A stretch of 64,000 nucleotides of DNA from Eledone cirrhosa (lineage: Eukaryota). A model generated the notes under the pieces. The model did not search any database and was not told where the DNA came from. It saw only the letters and a program-made list of their open reading frames with translations. This document shows, piece by piece, positions 61,502 through 64,000 of the stretch. The translations under genes were made by a program, and so were the position numbers. The first letter of the stretch is position 1; the number at the start of each line of letters is the position of its first letter. The stretch is from assembly GCA_964016885.1 (NCBI GenBank), contig OZ024743.1, positions 68,634,001-68,698,000 on the forward strand, in the 5' to 3' direction.

Positions 61502-62092
61502 GTGCTACAGGAAAAAGACGCAATCAAAAATAGATTATTCTATTATGAAACGTCAAGAGCCATGGACAAACTGAAGGAATGGGGAAAAGTAGAGCTGAAC
61601 CCGTTAATGTGGCTAACAATATGGGCGTCATACATTAGCAAATTTATAGACAACACACACAAAGAACAGTTCAGAATCGAAAACAGACCAAAGGCAGCAA
61701 CTACGTTTAGAATACTACCATCCGACACCGACTCACCGGAAAAGAAAAAGAAAATCAACGCGGTGAAGAGAAAACTAGAGATAGAGTTATCAACACTGCC
61801 ATCAACAAGTACACCAAAAACAGCAAGACAAAATTCACCGTGCGAATATGATCTCGATCTCACTGGCACAGGCATGTACCAAACACGGACGGATAGATGG
61901 AGACTGAAACCTGCCGTTAGTAATAAACTACGAGAACTCACCATCAGACTGGAGCCCATTAGCGATACCGTTAGAAGAAGAATTATGACTAGAATCGAGA
62001 AACAGCCTTCTAAAAACAGAGCCAAATACGAGATCTTCTTTTATAAACTATATTTTCAAAGCACAGACCAACTTATAGACAGTTGCATGTAA
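61502..62092 (+). other. Unassigned 196-codon open frame, non-ATG start
   Basis: Non-repetitive, stop-free and A-rich. No motif recognised. Confidence 0.3.
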
Positions 62093-62354
62093 CATCGCAC
62101 ACCCGCAATATAACTATTTACATCACTGGCAAATGGTTCGATGGTAAGCGCGTCTGCGCGCATTTCTTTGTATTTTTCTTCAATAAAACAATTGAACTTT
62201 ATATATCTTGTTATTATTCCGCACGCGACCTGTGTTCCAGCGACATTGACGAAAATAGTTATGAGCAGATAAGTGGAAAGTATGTCAGCAGTGAATAATC
62301 TATTTTAATCACTGGCGATGGTAAGTGAGAGAGAAAATTAGAGGAGGCACCTCT

Positions 62355-64000
62355 TGCACCAGTGATGGGGTCTCTGCAATGACTCACTATTCTATTCTAT
62401 TCCAGCTACCCTGTTCTAAACACCAGTCGACCCTATCAATTGCTTTAGATTGATCCAAGTTGATCCAGGGCCCACCCATGCAAGGTTCCTTAACCACCCT
62501 CTCTATGATGTATCGCATGAGATGGAGGTTGTCGTGGATGGATCTGTCCGGGATGGCGCATGTCTACGCCTCTCCCACCAGATCACCGACGACAAGCGCC
62601 AATCTCTTTGCTAACACCTTGGCCAAAATCTTAAACTCTGCGTTTAGCAGAGTTATGGGCCTGAAGTTGTCTATAACGTCGCCCTTGTTTGGTTCTTTTC
62701 TCAGCGGCGTCACCGCTCCCCGGCTCACAAAACTAGGAATGTTCCCGTTCTGCTGCCAGTTGCCGTAGACATCTTCCAAGAGGTCGGCGAACAAGTCTGG
62801 CATATACGCATAAAGCTCGTAGGGCAGACCATCCAAACCTGGCGATTTACCCCTAGTGCAGTCAGACATCGCTTTCTGTATTTCACCTGCTGTTATCGGC
62901 TTTTCGCAGCACTGCGGTCGTCGAGAGCCGCGGCAGTCCGTCGAGGTATGCACCGAGGTGCATACTCCGATCCTACTCGTCGCCGCTCCCGAACAAATGA
63001 GCAAAGTGCTGTTGAAAAGCCGCACACATCTGCTCGGGTTCGAGCATCATACGCCCGTTTTGATCAGGCAAAGAGCGAATTGTGGACATGTTGTCACGTC
63101 GCGCCTCCACCACCCGGGCCCATTGAACGGCTTTCGTCCCCTCGAGTCTTAGAGCACGCGCTCTAGCTCTGACAACGCAGCCTTCACGCTTTGCGTTGAA
63201 GAATTGGTCGAGTGCCAATCTCGCCGTAAGCACGTCGGTTGCGATGCCTGTCCTAAACGCCTCTTCTAGCTTTCTAACTAACTCTCCCTCTACTCTATTT
63301 TCCTCTACCACTACTCCTTTGCTAAACCTTATCGATTCTACTCTAATAGCCATTTTCAGGGTAAACCACCCCTGTTGTTGACGATAGCACCCGTCAACGC
63401 ACGCTTAACTAATTCGCTGCTCCGGTCTCTGTAAACTTTGCGCGCCGGTTCAGCTTCCAGTAGCCGGTCCCTTGCCTATGGATTCTATCTAAGTCAACTT
63501 CACATATCACAAATTTGTGGTCCGTGTAGTCGACTACTTGAAATTGTGGACAACCTACACTAGCCTTATATGTTTCCCTACAGAATACCCTATCTAAATA
63601 CGATCTGGATGACCCGATGCGGTTTGCCCATGTTCATATTGGCACATTCGGAGAATCCAGTCTATATCTGCCAGACAGTTCAAAACATCTGAGCAGGTTG
63701 TTGAGGCTTTTACACCCTCCTGCCCTGTGTACTAGCCCCTTATAATCCCAGCGTGTATCTAAGATACCGTTCCAGTCGTCCAACTAACACTAAAGAACGG
63801 GACGTTCCTAGAAAGGTCTCTAGACGTCAGTTGGGGTGTAGACGGCTACTAGCCTGGAAGCATTTCCTTCGCTGCCGGTGACATCCAGCACCACCGACAT
63901 ACCTTCTGGTTCCATGAAGATGGCCCGTATGGCGATATCCAAGCGTGTCCAAAAAAGCACGGCAACCCCTACCTCCGATCCTGGGCGGCTGGGAGATGCG
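62355..64000 (-). mobile_element. L1/Tx1-type ORF2 N-terminal part (APE endonuclease and RT start), frameshifted, running off the window
   Basis: DWNGILD, SYLDRV, TDHKFV (APE); KSPGLDGLPYELY and NFRPITLLNAEFKILAKVLAKRL (RT). Confidence 0.88.

Overview
Repeat-saturated, AT-rich animal DNA with no recognisable host gene. The SINE, Penelope and microsatellite mix suggests a cephalopod/octopus-like genome (inference). (TA)n, (CA)n, (GA)n, (TACA)n, (GATA)n and (TAA)n tracts explain most ORFs in the track. Real coding remnants are all transposon-derived: two Penelope-like elements (PLEs) with C-terminal GIY-YIG, one near full length with a YRDD RT, L1/Tx1-type LINE pieces, R4/Dong-type and CRE-type LINE ends, RTE derivatives and a decayed piggyBac-like transposase. 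More than ten tRNA-derived SINE copies are also present. The main unannotated signal is a dense set of minimal type I hammerhead ribozymes: about ten with intact CUGANGA/GAAA/NUH cores plus many variant or half copies. They sit in about a dozen unrelated short non-coding elements, mostly in (TA)n and mostly as asymmetric fold-backs whose turning point often lies at or next to the ribozyme. Coordinates were counted by eye and may be off by a few bases.
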